A stretch of DNA of 64,000 nucleotides, taken from assembly GCA_963798085.1 (NCBI GenBank), contig CAWCRS010000007.1:1120001-1184000 (forward strand), in the 5' to 3' direction. Each line of letters opens with the position of its first letter. Within the stretch, counting starts at the first letter, position 1. Below are positions 11,441 to 23,691 of this stretch, one piece after another. Source of the DNA: an uncultured Gemmatimonadales bacterium (GTDB lineage: Bacteria > Gemmatimonadota > Gemmatimonadetes > Longimicrobiales > RSA9). The translations under genes were made by a program, and so were the position numbers. A model generated the notes under the pieces. That model was not told where the DNA came from and ran no database searches. It saw nothing but the letters and a program-made list of their open reading frames with translations.

Positions 11441-13043
11441 ATGCGACTGCAGCAACTCACGACCGAGCTGCGCCAGCTCGAAGAGCGGCTGCGGCAGGGT
11501 GGCGGTGCCGAAAGGGTCGAGCGGCAGCACAAGCCAGGGCAAACTCACGGCGAGCGAACGCATCGGCCTGCTGCTCGATCACGGGCTGCGTACTTCCTCG
11601 AAATCGGTCTGCTCGTTGCGCACGACCGCTACGAGGGCCAGGCGCCGGCCGCCGGCGTCGTCACCGGCGTGGGTGATAGTGCACGGCCGGCCCGTCGTGG
11701 TCATCGCCAACGACGCGACCGTCAAGGCCGGGTCGTGGTGGCCGGAAACCATCACGAAGATGCTGCGCGCGCAGGAAATCGCGATGCGCTGCCGCGTGCC
11801 GATCGTCTACCTCGTCGATTCCGCCGGCGTGAATCTGCCCTACCAGGGCGGCGTCTTTCCCGGACAGTACGGTGCCGCCCGGATCTTCTACTACAACTCG
11901 ATCATGCGGCGTTACCTGCGCGTGCCGCAGATCGCCGCGGTGATGGGCCCGTGCATTGCCGGCGGCGCCTACCTGCCCGGCGCTCTCCGACGTCATCCTC
12001 ATGGTCGAGGGCACGAGCTTCATGGGTCTCGGCGGCCCGAACCTCGTGAAGGGCGCGACCGGCCAGACGGTCGACGCGGAAGAACTGGGTGGCGCGTGGA
12101 CGCACACAGCGATCAGCGGCGTCGCCCACTATCCGCGTGCCCGACGACGCGGCATGCATCGAGCAGATCCGCGAGCTGATCTGCGGAGCTGCCCGCACCG
12201 CCCGCCATCACGCGTGCGCGCCGCACGCGCGCCGGCTGCCGCCGCCGGCGAGCGAGCTGTACGCGCTCCTGCCCGCAGATCACCGCCAGCCCTACGACAT
12301 GCAGGCAGTGCTGGACGCGATGCTCGATGGCGGCGACGTTCGATGAGTTCCAGGCCGACTACGCGCCGGAGATGATCTGCGGCACCGGCCGCATCGATGG
12401 CATTGCCGTCGGCGTCATCGCCAACGCGCGCGGCATGGTGCAAGGATCCGCACGGCGGCCCGCCCAGGTTCGGCGGCATCATCTACACGGACAGCGCCGA
12501 GAAAACCGCCTACTTCATTGAGACCGTCAACCGCCACCACACGCCGCTGCTCTTCGTCCAGGACGTGAGCGGCTTCATGGTCGGGCACGGAGGCCGAGCA
12601 TTCGGGCATCATCCGCGCCGGCGCGCGCTTCGTCGAGGCCATGGCGACCGCGACCGTGCCCAAGCTCGTGCTCACGGTGAACCACGCCTCCGGCGCCGGC
12701 TACTACGCCATGGCAGGCCAGGGCTTCGATCCCGACTTCATCTTCACCTGGCCCACCGGCCGCATGGGCGTGATGGAAGGCGAAAGCGCCGTGCAGGCGC
12801 TGTTCGGACCCGCGCTCGAAGAGCTGAAGCAGAAGAAGGCGAAACCCGATGCCGCGCTGCAGCAGAAGATCGATGCCGTGCGCGCCGACTACGAACAGCA
12901 GCTGGACGCACGCTTCGCCGCGGCCCGCGGCTTTGTCGACGTCGTGCTCGCCCCCGAAGACACGCGTCCCGCTCTCTCCCTCGCCCTGCGCACCGCGCTC
13001 TCCAACACCGGGCCCGCACATCGGGCCGTTCTCTACAGGCTGA
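11441..13043 (+). CDS. Acyl-CoA carboxylase carboxyltransferase (beta) subunit; at least eight frameshifts, start uncertain
   Basis: Pieces in alternating frames: [64 protein letters not shown] and GVMEGESA. Confidence 0.85.
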
Positions 13044-13045
13044 AA

Positions 13046-13307
13046 CTCTTCACCGCGGAGGGCGCGGGGGGCGCGGAGAACGCATTCTTTCTATTGAACG
13101 GACACGGAATCACGGCGGGTCCTCAGCGGTATCAGGATATCGGGCATGCAGAGGAACAGTCCGCAAAGAGCGTGGTGTTGCGAATCTGTCAGACCATACT
13201 CGTTGCGTGAAGCTACCATGAAGCAGGGTCTTGAACTGCAGACGAACGATGAGACCAGAGCAACGCCGATGGCCCTTCGCGCCCTTCGCGCACACTGCGG
13301 TGAAGAG
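13046..13307. repeat. REP/MITE-like element with ~35-bp imperfect terminal inverted repeats
   Basis: CTCTTCACCGC (13046-13056) is the exact reverse complement of GCGGTGAAGAG (13297-13307); pairing extends inward with ~9-nt periodic GGGCGCG units. Confidence 0.7.
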
Positions 13308-13339
13308 CCCGGACGGTGACGAGGCCGGACGGTGAGAGG

Positions 13340-14716
13340 ATGAGTGAAGACAGGATAAGGGTGGCGTCGGGGCAGGGGTTCTGGGGGGATCTGCTCAGCG
13401 CGCCGGTGGATCAGGTGCGGGGTGGACCCATCGACTACCTCATGCTCGACTACCTCGCCGAAGTCACCATGTCGATCATGCAGAAACAGCGGGCGCGGGA
13501 CGCGACGCAGGGGTATGCTCGCGATTTTGTGCCGCTGATGCGCGAAATCCTGCCGGACTGCGCGCAGAAGAACATCCGCGTCGTGGCCAATGCGGGCGGT
13601 GTGAATCCGCGCGGCTGCGCGGAGCGCGTCCTGGAGCAGGCCAGGCAGGCGGGGCTCGCGGGGCAGGTGAAGGTGGGCGTCATCACCGGTGATGACATCA
13701 TGGAGCGGCTGCCGGACCTGCTGGCGCGCGGACACGCGTTGCAGAACCTGGATGACGGCCGGCCGCTGTCCGAAGTGCTGGATCGTGTGCAGAGCGCCAA
13801 TGCCTACATCGGCGCGCGCCCGATCGTGGAAGCGCTGCGTCGTGATGCGACTGTCGTGATAACAGGGCGTTCGACGGACACGGCGCTGACCTACGCGCCC
13901 ATGATCCACGCCTTCGGCTGGGCGGAGGACGACTGGGACCGGCTGGCGGCGGGCGTGGTCGCCGGTCACATCAACGAGTGCGGTGCGCAGGCCAGTGGCG
14001 GCAACTCGCTCATCGGCTGGCCCACCATCACCGACCTCGAGAGCGTCGGCTTCCCCATCATTGAAGCCAGCGCCAATGGCAGCTTTGTCGTTACCAAGCA
14101 CGACCACACTGGCGGGCGCATCGACCGCGCCATTGTCAGCGAGCAGGTGCTCTACGAGCTGGGCAACCCCGCCGAGTACATCACGCCCGATGTCATTGCC
14201 GACTTCGGCACCATCCGGCTCCAGGATGCGGGCACGAATCGCGTGCGCGTGCACGGCGTGAAAGGCCGGCCGCGTACCGACCGGCTCAAGGTGTCCATTT
14301 CCTATCACGCCGGTTACAAGGCAGTGGGCACTCTCGTTTACGGCTGGCCCAATGCCGTGGCCAAAGCCCAGGAAGCGGATCGCATCCTGCGCGCCCGCCT
14401 CGACCGCCTGGGTCTCGAGTTCAATGAAGTGCGCACGGAATTCGTCGGCTGGAACGCGTGCCACGGCGCGCTCGCAGGACCGCCACCGCGCGACCTGCCC
14501 GAAGTCGAATTCCGCATTGCCGTACGCGGGCCCGACCAGAAAGCGGTCGAAGCCTTCACGCGCGAGCTGGCGCCCCTCGTACTCACCGGTCCGCCCACCG
14601 TGACCGGCTTCGCCGGCGGCCGCCCGCACGTCCAGGAAATCGTCGCCTACTGGCCCGCGCTCATCGACCGCACCGTAATCGAGCCGGGTCTCGGCGTGGA
14701 CGTCATCACCGCTTGA
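13340..14716 (+). CDS. atuA: Acyclic terpene utilization AtuA family protein (DUF1446)
   Basis: IRVASGQGFWGD, DYLAEVTM, NAGGVNP, NAYIGA, ITGR.D, AGHINECG, EQVLYE and YITPDV motifs. Confidence 0.9.
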   Translation: MSEDRIRVASGQGFWGDLLSAPVDQVRGGPIDYLMLDYLAEVTMSIMQKQRARDATQGYARDFVPLMREILPDCAQKNIRVVANAGGVNPRGCAERVLEQARQAGLAGQVKVGVITGDDIMERLPDLLARGHALQNLDDGRPLSEVLDRVQSANAYIGARPIVEALRRDATVVITGRSTDTALTYAPMIHAFGWAEDDWDRLAAGVVAGHINECGAQASGGNSLIGWPTITDLESVGFPIIEASANGSFVVTKHDHTGGRIDRAIVSEQVLYELGNPAEYITPDVIADFGTIRLQDAGTNRVRVHGVKGRPRTDRLKVSISYHAGYKAVGTLVYGWPNAVAKAQEADRILRARLDRLGLEFNEVRTEFVGWNACHGALAGPPPRDLPEVEFRIAVRGPDQKAVEAFTRELAPLVLTGPPTVTGFAGGRPHVQEIVAYWPALIDRTVIEPGLGVDVITA

Positions 14717-14721
14717 ACGGA

Positions 14722-14794
14722 TTCACCGCAGTGGGCGCAGAGTTGGCTGAGAGTAACCTGACTTCTATGCGTTCGCCGCGCCCTCCGCGGTGAA
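14722..14794. repeat. Second copy of the TTCACCGC-ended inverted-repeat element (hairpin)
   Basis: TTCACCGCAGTGGGCGC (14722) ... GCGCCCTCCGCGGTGAA (ends 14794). Confidence 0.7.
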
Positions 14795-14808
14795 AAGGAG
14801 TACGACGG

Positions 14809-15168
14809 ATGAGGACAGTGAGGCTTTTTGCGTTGGCGCATGCGCGGTCGGGAGACAAGGGTGACACGGTCAATGTAGGTGTCATTGCGCGCCGGCCCGA
14901 GTACTGGGAGTTCCTGCGGCAGAAGCTGACGAAGCGGCGCGTGCGCGAGCACTTCGGCGATATCGTGGAAGGCAGCATCGACCGCTTCGAGCTGCCCAAC
15001 CTGCACGCGCTGAACTTCCTGCTGCATGGTGCGCTGGATGGCGGCGGCACCATGTCGCTCATGACCGATGCGCAGGGCAAGACTTTCTCCACGGCCATGC
15101 TGCGCATGAAGCTGCGGGTACCTGACGAAATCGCTGCACTGCTCGGACCGGAGGCGGACGTTGGCTGA
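14809..15168 (+). CDS. Small AtuA-related protein (AtuA C-terminal-like domain)
   Basis: AHARSGDKGD, ELPNLHALNF, LDGGG and DAQGK motifs. Confidence 0.85.
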   Translation: MRTVRLFALAHARSGDKGDTVNVGVIARRPEYWEFLRQKLTKRRVREHFGDIVEGSIDRFELPNLHALNFLLHGALDGGGTMSLMTDAQGKTFSTAMLRMKLRVPDEIAALLGPEADVG

Positions 15169-15937
15169 GGTGTGGCAGCGGCTTCACGTCGCGGCGGCGG
15201 CGGGCGTAGGCACCATCACGCTGAACCGCCCGGAAAAGCGCAACGCGCTGGACACATTGACGGTCGCCGAGCTGAAGGACGCACTCCGTGCGCTGGATGC
15301 AGGCGACGACATTCGTGTCATCATCCTGCGCGGCGAGGGCCCGGACTTCTGTGCCGGCGCGGATCTGCAACAGCTCGAGCGCATCGCGCAGGGCGCCGGT
15401 CCCGCCGAAAACCTGGCCGATGCCTCGGCGCTGGGCGACCTGTTCATCCAGATGCGTCTGGCGGCACGTCCCATCATTGCGGCCGTGCACGGCAACGCCA
15501 TCGCCGGTGGCGCCGGACTCGCCACCGCCTGCGATCTGATCGTGGCCAGCGAGAGCGCAACCTTCGGTTACCCGGAAGTGCACCTGGGCTTCGTGCCCGC
15601 CATGGTCGCCGCGCTGCTGCGCCGCTCACTGGGTGAGAAGCAGATCTTCGAGTTGATCACACTGGGCGGCCGATTCAGCGCCGCGGACGCGCTGCGCATG
15701 GGCCTGGTGGCACGCGTGTTTCCTGACACGGAGTTCGTCGAACAGAGCACGGCCTTCGCAGCGGAACTGGCGTCGCGCTCCGCCTCGGCCGTAAAGCTCT
15801 GCAAACGATTGCTCTACGAGATCGATGGGGCGGCGTTCGAGACCGCAATCGGCCGCGGCGCCGAAATCAACGTGATCGCCCGCGGCACGCCCGACTGCCG
15901 CGACGGCGTGCGCCGCTTCCTCGAGAAGAAACGCTGA
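15161..15937 (+). CDS. Enoyl-CoA hydratase/isomerase (methylglutaconyl-CoA hydratase-like)
   Basis: LNRPEKRNAL, FCAGADL, AGGAGLA and YPEVHLG motifs. Confidence 0.88.
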   Translation: MAEVWQRLHVAAAAGVGTITLNRPEKRNALDTLTVAELKDALRALDAGDDIRVIILRGEGPDFCAGADLQQLERIAQGAGPAENLADASALGDLFIQMRLAARPIIAAVHGNAIAGGAGLATACDLIVASESATFGYPEVHLGFVPAMVAALLRRSLGEKQIFELITLGGRFSAADALRMGLVARVFPDTEFVEQSTAFAAELASRSASAVKLCKRLLYEIDGAAFETAIGRGAEINVIARGTPDCRDGVRRFLEKKR

Positions 15938-16164
15938 TGGTATTCTATCGGCGGACCCAGGATGGCGATGCCCGCTGGCTCCAGGTGCGCATGGTGCTGC
16001 TCGCCCTGGGCGGCGTCCTGGGCCTCATCGGCATGGCCACCGAAATCACCTGGCTCGTCCTCAGCGCCCTCGCCGTCCTCTTCGCCGGCATGCTCCTCGG
16101 CCTGATCGGCCGCCGCCGCCATCCCGCAGACATCGGCACCGACACCCCCGCCGAGGAGGAGTGA
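15937..16164 (+). CDS. Small two-TM hypothetical protein
   Basis: TGATG coupling to the hydratase; two hydrophobic stretches; GC3-rich codons. Confidence 0.6.
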   Translation: MVFYRRTQDGDARWLQVRMVLLALGGVLGLIGMATEITWLVLSALAVLFAGMLLGLIGRRRHPADIGTDTPAEEE

Positions 16165-16259
16165 CCAGCCTCCTTCCCTCGCGTCCGCAATCCGCCCGGG
16201 CCAGCCCTCACCTCCACCCCGCACCCCTCCGTCTGACCCTGTGTCCCCTGTATGATAAC

Positions 16260-16330
16260 AATCCGTTATCCGTTTCTCGCAGTCGATCCCCCGCCGTTAA
16301 TCCGTTCCCCGCCGCCAATCCGTTCCCCGC
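16260..16330. repeat. Short tandem repeat (18-bp unit CCCCGCCGYYAATCCGTT x2.3, plus ATCCGTT copies)
   Basis: Units at 16289-16306, 16307-16324 and partial 16325-16330; ATCCGTT also at 16261 and 16268. Confidence 0.6.
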
Positions 16331-16371
16331 GACGCCTCCCACACCGTGTCGAACGTCCTCACCCCCCACCC

Positions 16372-18818
16372 TCACTCGGCGCGCAGCGACACGAGGGGAT
16401 CGACACGGGCGGCCCGCCACGCCGGCCCCCAGCTGGCCAGCACCGCCACGCTCAGCAGCACCAGCACAAGTACCGCGACGCTCAACGGGTCGGCCGAACC
16501 AATGCCGTAGGTCATGCGCGCAGTACGTGCAGTCCCCAGAACCCCGCGGGCAGGCCAATGGCCATCCCGAGAACCACGAGCAGCACGCCCTGTCGCACCA
16601 CCATGGCCAGCACGTCGCCGGCCTGCGCACCCACTGCCATGCGCACACCGATCTCGCGCCGGCGCTGCGTGACCGCGTTGGCCAGCAGCGCATACGCGCC
16701 AATGGCCGCTAACAGCAGTGTCAGAATCGCGGGCAGACCGACGAACACACCGTAGAGCTGCGCAGTCCACAGCAGGCTGGCGACAACGCCGGCCAGCGAC
16801 CCGCCGCCGTTGACCTGGAGATCAGGGTCCAGATCGCGCACCACGCCGCGGATCGCCGGCAACCCCGAACCCATGTTGCCGTGGGGTCGCGCATAGATCT
16901 CTGCCGTGTAGCCGTTCGGGCGTTGCGCCCACGACAGGAACAGGTAGGGGGTGTGCAGATCCCTGTCCCCCGCGTACTTCGCATCGGCGACCACGCCCAC
17001 TACCTCGTAGTCGCGGTCCTTCACCAGGAAATGCTGGCCCAGCGCATTTCCGCCCGGCCACAGCTTCGCCATCGTCTCATTCACGAGTGCGATGGCCGGT
17101 GCACCGGCCCCGTCCGACGCCTGGACCGAGCGGCCGCGCAGCACGCGCATGCCCACCAGTCGGCTCAATTGCGGGGAAATCGCGTTGTACAGGACCTGAC
17201 GCTCCGCGCCCTTCTCCGGCGGCGGTTCGCCGGGAAGCCGCACCGGAAGCTGCGCGGAGGCGGAACCGAGCAGGGTGCTGGAAGCGAGCGCCACGGACGC
17301 GAACAATGGCGTCGCCTGCAATCCCTGTTCGAGCCGATCGAACAGCTCGCGGCGGGCGGCGTCCTCGTAGCGCGGCGGAAACGCGGAGACGCTCGCGACT
17401 ATGACGCCATCTACCGTGAGACCGGGATCCTCGTGCAGCGCGGACAGCACGGTGCGCCAGATCACGCTCCCACTAAAGATCATGGGCACGGCGAACGCCG
17501 TCTGCATGACGACGATCGCACTGCGCAACCGCGTGCGCGAACCGGCGCGCGGTGTGCCCGAGTGCAGCGCGCGCACCAGATCGGGACGCGTGGCCTGAAA
17601 CGCGGGCGCGAGACCGAACAACAGCACACAGACCATGGCTACGCCCAGCGTGAACGCGAGCACGCGCAGATCAGGCGAAAAATCCCAGGCGACGCGCATC
17701 AGGTTGGCGCCGCGCGCCGGATACTCGAACAGTGCACGCAGCAGCTGCGCGCCCGCGCTGGCCAGCAGATAACCTGCGGCGCCACTGAGCAGTGCCAGCA
17801 AGACGCTTTCCAGCAGCAGCTGGCGCAGCAGTGCGCCACGGTGCGCGCCGAGGGACAGCCGGATCGCGATTTCTCGCTGCCGCTCGACGGCGCGCGTCAG
17901 CAGCATGCTCGCGACATTGCCGCACGCCACCAGCAGGACGAGCGCGGCCAGACCCAGCGGGAAGAGCAGAAACCGGAGCGCGCCGCCGTCGAGACGCCGC
18001 GGCACACCGCGCAACGGTTCGACCTGCACAACGTCACCAGCCGTGTCGGGGCGTTGCGACGCCGCGAGCTGATGGAACAGCGCCGAGAATTCGCTGTGCA
18101 CCGCAGCCTTGCCCACACCAGGTCGCATCCGCCCCACCATGCGGCCCCACGACGTACTCGCATCCACCGCGGGCGCCGCTCCCGGAAGCAGCCAGCCGCG
18201 CATCATGAGCGAGGTGAACACATCCGTGCCGAAGCCCACGACCGCTCCCTCGAATCCTGGCGGCGTCACACCGATCACGGTGTAAGGATGGCTGTTGAGG
18301 ATCAGCGTCCCGCCAATGACCGAAGGGTCCGCGTTCAGCCGGCCTCGCCAGTACGCATCGCTCAGCACGACCACCGGGTGTGTGCCCGGCGTGCGCGTTT
18401 CCTCCGGCGCGAAGAAGCGGCCCAGCGCCGGGCGCACGCCCAGGACATCGAAGAAGTTGTCGGACACCAGTGTCGCAGCGACCGTGTGTACCGGCCCATC
18501 CACCGTGCGCCCGGTTGCAGGGAAGAAACCGCTTGTGGCCAGCCCGACGAGCGTGTGTGTCGCCGCACGGTACTGCAGGTAATCGCCACGCGTCACCGGC
18601 TCACTGCCGCCAGTCCGGCCAATGGTGCCGATTTCCACCAGCCGCTCCGCCTGCGGTACGGGCAGCCGCTTGAACTGCCAGTAGTTGATGACCGAGAAGA
18701 TCGCCGAATTCAGGCCGATGCCCACGCCCAGCGAGAGTACCGCGCCCACCAGCAGTCCCGGCCTGCGCAGCAGTCCCCGCGCCACCTGGCGCACATCGCG
18801 CCCGGAATCTGACAGCAT
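16372..18818 (-). CDS. Duplicated MacB/FtsX ABC permease (ADOP-like orphan permease); frameshift near 16515
   Basis: LGVGIGLNSAIFS, VSDNFFDVLG, LLVACGNVASMLL, REIAIRLSLGA, RRREIGVRMAVGA; C-terminal PAWRAARVDP lies in the adjacent frame. Confidence 0.9.
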
Positions 18819-19042
18819 GTTTGGCCCCGCTCGCGCTGGTTCGTCCGGCTCACGACCCGCAAGATTGCGTTCGCACATCTCGGTGATGCAATCGCGACCA
18901 CCGGCACGGCTGTGATCCTGTCCGGGATTGACAGCCACCAGCGGCGTGCGCGGGACGCAGCATTGCAGATCCAGCGCCGGCGGGATCGCCGGCTGACTCG
19001 CGCCGCCATGGAACTGCCCCGTTCAGGCGACAATGTTGCGTC

Positions 19043-20647
<1,605 letters not shown>

Positions 20648-20790
20648 GCGAACAGCTCGCCGGTCGCAGCGCTCACCGCCGGCGCATCCGAGATCCCCGC
20701 CAAACACCCTGTGCAGCCGGCCGCCCCTTTCGACCCCGTGGTCGCGCGCCTACCTTTTCCGCGGGTTGCAAGCCGAAATCGCGGAAGAAC

Positions 20791-22008
20791 ATGACGATAG
20801 ACGAACCATCCCGGCATCAGGAGCTGCGGCAGGAAGTGCGCGACTTCGCACTCCGGTCGATCGCCCCCGTGGCCCGGGAGCTCGACGAGCAGTGTCGCTT
20901 TCCATGGGACAACGTCCGAGCCATGGCTCAGCGCGGCTGGCTGGGCGTCAACGTGCCGGCCGAGTACGGCGGCATGGGGCTCGACTATGTCAGTTACCTG
21001 ATCGTGCTGGAGGAACTGGCGCGCGTCGATCTCAGCCATGCGATCACGATCAGTGCCCATTCCACACTGGGGCTCTCCCCCATTCTGAATTTCGGAAATC
21101 CCGAGCAGAAGCAGCGATTCCTGCCGCTTCTCGCGGCCGGCCGCGTTCTCTGTGGGTTCGGCCTCACGGAACCCGGCGCCGGCTCGGACGCGGGCGCCAC
21201 CCGCACCACGGCGCTCCGCCAGAACGGCGAGTACCGCATCACAGGCAGCAAGATCTTCATCACGCATGCCGGCGTGGGCGAGGTTTTCGTAGTGACGGCA
21301 GTGACCGACCGTGCGCGCGGACCCAAGGGCATTACCAGCTTCATCGTCACCAAGGAAACGACGGACCGCGCCGAAGCGCAGCGTGTGGGAGTGGGTCACG
21401 CCACCGAGCTGGAACCCTTCACGCCGGGTGTCCGCGCCGGCAAGAAGGAAGACAAGATGGGCTGGCGCGCGTCGGATACTCGAGAGCTGATCCTCGAGGA
21501 CGCGCGTGTCCCGGTCGCAAATCGCCTCGGTCAGGAAGGCGAGGGTTTCATCAATTTCATGAAGACGCTGGACGCGGGCCGCATTGGCATTGCCGCCTGT
21601 ACCCTGGGCCTGGCCCGCGGCGCCTTCGATACCGCCCTCGCCCGGGAGCAGGGCCGCGAGCCTGAGGAAAGCCCGGACGAGAGCCGCCAGGCCGTGCACT
21701 TCGCGCTGGCCGACATGGCCACCGAAATCGAGGCCGCACATCACCTCGTGTACAACGCTGCCCGCCTGCGGGAAGCCGGCCAGCCGTTTACCCGCGAAGC
21801 TTCAATGGCGAAACTCTATGCCAGCGAGCTGGCCATGCGGGCGACCATACGAGCGGTCCAGCTCCTCGGCGCCGACGGGTACTCGTCGGCATGGCCGGTG
21901 GAGCGAATGATGAGAGACGCAAAAATCTGCGAGATCGGCGAGGGCACCAGCGAGGTGCAACGTCTGGTCATCGCGCGGAGCTTCCTTCGCGAGGCAGCAG
22001 GGCGCTAG
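20791..22008 (+). CDS. Acyl-CoA dehydrogenase
   Basis: FGLTEPGAGSD, GSKIFIT, KMGWRASDT, GRIGIA, ASMAK and EIGEGTSEVQR motifs. Confidence 0.93.
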   Translation: MTIDEPSRHQELRQEVRDFALRSIAPVARELDEQCRFPWDNVRAMAQRGWLGVNVPAEYGGMGLDYVSYLIVLEELARVDLSHAITISAHSTLGLSPILNFGNPEQKQRFLPLLAAGRVLCGFGLTEPGAGSDAGATRTTALRQNGEYRITGSKIFITHAGVGEVFVVTAVTDRARGPKGITSFIVTKETTDRAEAQRVGVGHATELEPFTPGVRAGKKEDKMGWRASDTRELILEDARVPVANRLGQEGEGFINFMKTLDAGRIGIAACTLGLARGAFDTALAREQGREPEESPDESRQAVHFALADMATEIEAAHHLVYNAARLREAGQPFTREASMAKLYASELAMRATIRAVQLLGADGYSSAWPVERMMRDAKICEIGEGTSEVQRLVIARSFLREAAGR

Positions 22009-22099
22009 TACGGCGTCGCAGGCGACGCGTGCCGGGGATTCACCGGTACGGGTGTGCCCGCGCGACCGATCCGCGTTCCGGCCTCGCGTTCCGGTAACC

Positions 22100-23641
22100 A
22101 TGAAACGTGAGATCCTGATTTCGGCCACGCCGCAGGAAACGCGGGTGGCCATCCTCGAGGACAACGTCCTGGTCGAGTTGATGATCGACCAGCCCGACAG
22201 CGAGCGACTCGTCGGCGACGTCTACCTCGGCCAGGTCCAGGCTGTGCTGCCCGGCATCCAGGCAGCCTTCGTCGATATCGGCACCGAGAAGGCGGCGTTC
22301 CTGCACGTCTCGGATGTCGCCCGCGACGATGACGAAGACGAGGAGGCTGAAGGTGGTGGCGGTGGAGGCAATGACGCCGACGCACGCTCCCGTCGGTATC
22401 CGCCCATCCAGGACCTGATCGAGAAAGGCGAGAAGCTGCTGGTCCAGGCCTCCAAGGAGCCGATCGGCACCAAGGGCCCCCGCGTCACCACGCACATCTC
22501 GCTGCCCGGCCGGTTCCTCGTCTTCATGCCCGGCTCCGACCACATCGGCGTCAGCCGCAAGATCGAAGGCAGGGAGGAGCGCGGCCGCCTGCGGGCGATC
22601 GCCCGCGAAGCCGTTCCCGAAGGCAGCGGCGGCGTCATCATCCGCACGGCCGGCGAGGAACTGACGCGCGAGGTGTTCGAGCGCGAGTTCAACACGCTCA
22701 CGGAAACCTGGAAGAAGATCCAGAAGCGCTCGAAGGGCGCGCGGCCGCCCGCCCTCATCCACCGTGAAGCCAAGCTGACCTCCGGCATCATCCGCGACGT
22801 GTTCACGCAGCGCGTCGACGCACTGATCGTCGACAGCAAGCAGGTGAACAACGAAATCCGCACGTACCTCGAGGGTGTGGATCCGACGCTGGTCGAGCGC
22901 GTGCACCTCTACGCGGATCCCGTCCCGCTCTTCGACAAGTATGGCGTCGAGGATGCCATCCGGCAGGCGTTCCAGCGGCGCGTCGATCTGCCTTCGGGCG
23001 GCTACATCATCATCGAACCCACCGAGGCGCTCGTCTCCATCGACGTCAACACCGGCCGCTACACCGGTCGCAAGGATCCCGAGAAGACCATCCTGCGCAC
23101 CAACCTCGATGCGGCGAGGGAAATCGCGCGCCAGCTGCGCCTGCGTGATGTCGGCGGCATCATCGTCGCCGACTTCATCGACATGGAAACGCGCTCCAAC
23201 CAGGAGCGCGTGCTGCAGGAGCTGCGCACGCACCTGAACCGCGATCGCGCCCGCACACGCGCCTTCCAGGTCTCCGAGCTGGGTCTCGTCGAGATGACGC
23301 GCCAGCGCGTGCGCCCATCGCTCTTCCACACCCTGACCGAGCCCTGTTCGCACTGCGGCGGCAGCGGCCGCGTATTCCGGCCTGACACCGTGTTACGCCG
23401 CATCGAACGCGCCGCCCGCCGTATCGCCGTCACCCAGGCCGAGTCCGACATCACGGTGCGCGTGCACCCCGAGGTCGCACTCTACATCCTCGAACAGGAG
23501 CCCGACTTCCTGCGTCGCATGCACCGTTCCCTGCGCATGTCCATGGACCTCCGCGACGACCCGCTCATGCGCCAGGACGAGTTCCGACTGCTGGCCGGCA
23601 CGGCCGAGAACGACATCACCGAGAAGTATGCGCTGGGCTGA
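22100..23641 (+). CDS. rng: Ribonuclease G (Rne/Rng family)
   Basis: S1 domain VLPGIQAAFVDIG, KEPIGTKGPR, IDVNTG, RQLRLRDVGGIIVADFIDM and CxxC. Confidence 0.93.
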   Translation: MKREILISATPQETRVAILEDNVLVELMIDQPDSERLVGDVYLGQVQAVLPGIQAAFVDIGTEKAAFLHVSDVARDDDEDEEAEGGGGGGNDADARSRRYPPIQDLIEKGEKLLVQASKEPIGTKGPRVTTHISLPGRFLVFMPGSDHIGVSRKIEGREERGRLRAIAREAVPEGSGGVIIRTAGEELTREVFEREFNTLTETWKKIQKRSKGARPPALIHREAKLTSGIIRDVFTQRVDALIVDSKQVNNEIRTYLEGVDPTLVERVHLYADPVPLFDKYGVEDAIRQAFQRRVDLPSGGYIIIEPTEALVSIDVNTGRYTGRKDPEKTILRTNLDAAREIARQLRLRDVGGIIVADFIDMETRSNQERVLQELRTHLNRDRARTRAFQVSELGLVEMTRQRVRPSLFHTLTEPCSHCGGSGRVFRPDTVLRRIERAARRIAVTQAESDITVRVHPEVALYILEQEPDFLRRMHRSLRMSMDLRDDPLMRQDEFRLLAGTAENDITEKYALG

Positions 23642-23691
23642 CGGGCCGTTTCTGGGGCTGGGGCTCGGGCTCAGGCAACAGATCTGACGGC

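Noticed and set aside
11035..11676. Apparent fusion of the B12-binding domain to the carboxyltransferase
   Set aside because: This is the most indel-dense part of the window, so the junction cannot be trusted without polishing.
13081..13270. Possible small gene or nuclease remnant inside the first inverted-repeat element
   Set aside because: No convincing start codon or recognisable motif was found.
16260..16330. Tandem repeats here and at 23692-23730 as a possible CRISPR array
   Set aside because: The units are adjacent with no unique spacers, and no cas genes are present.
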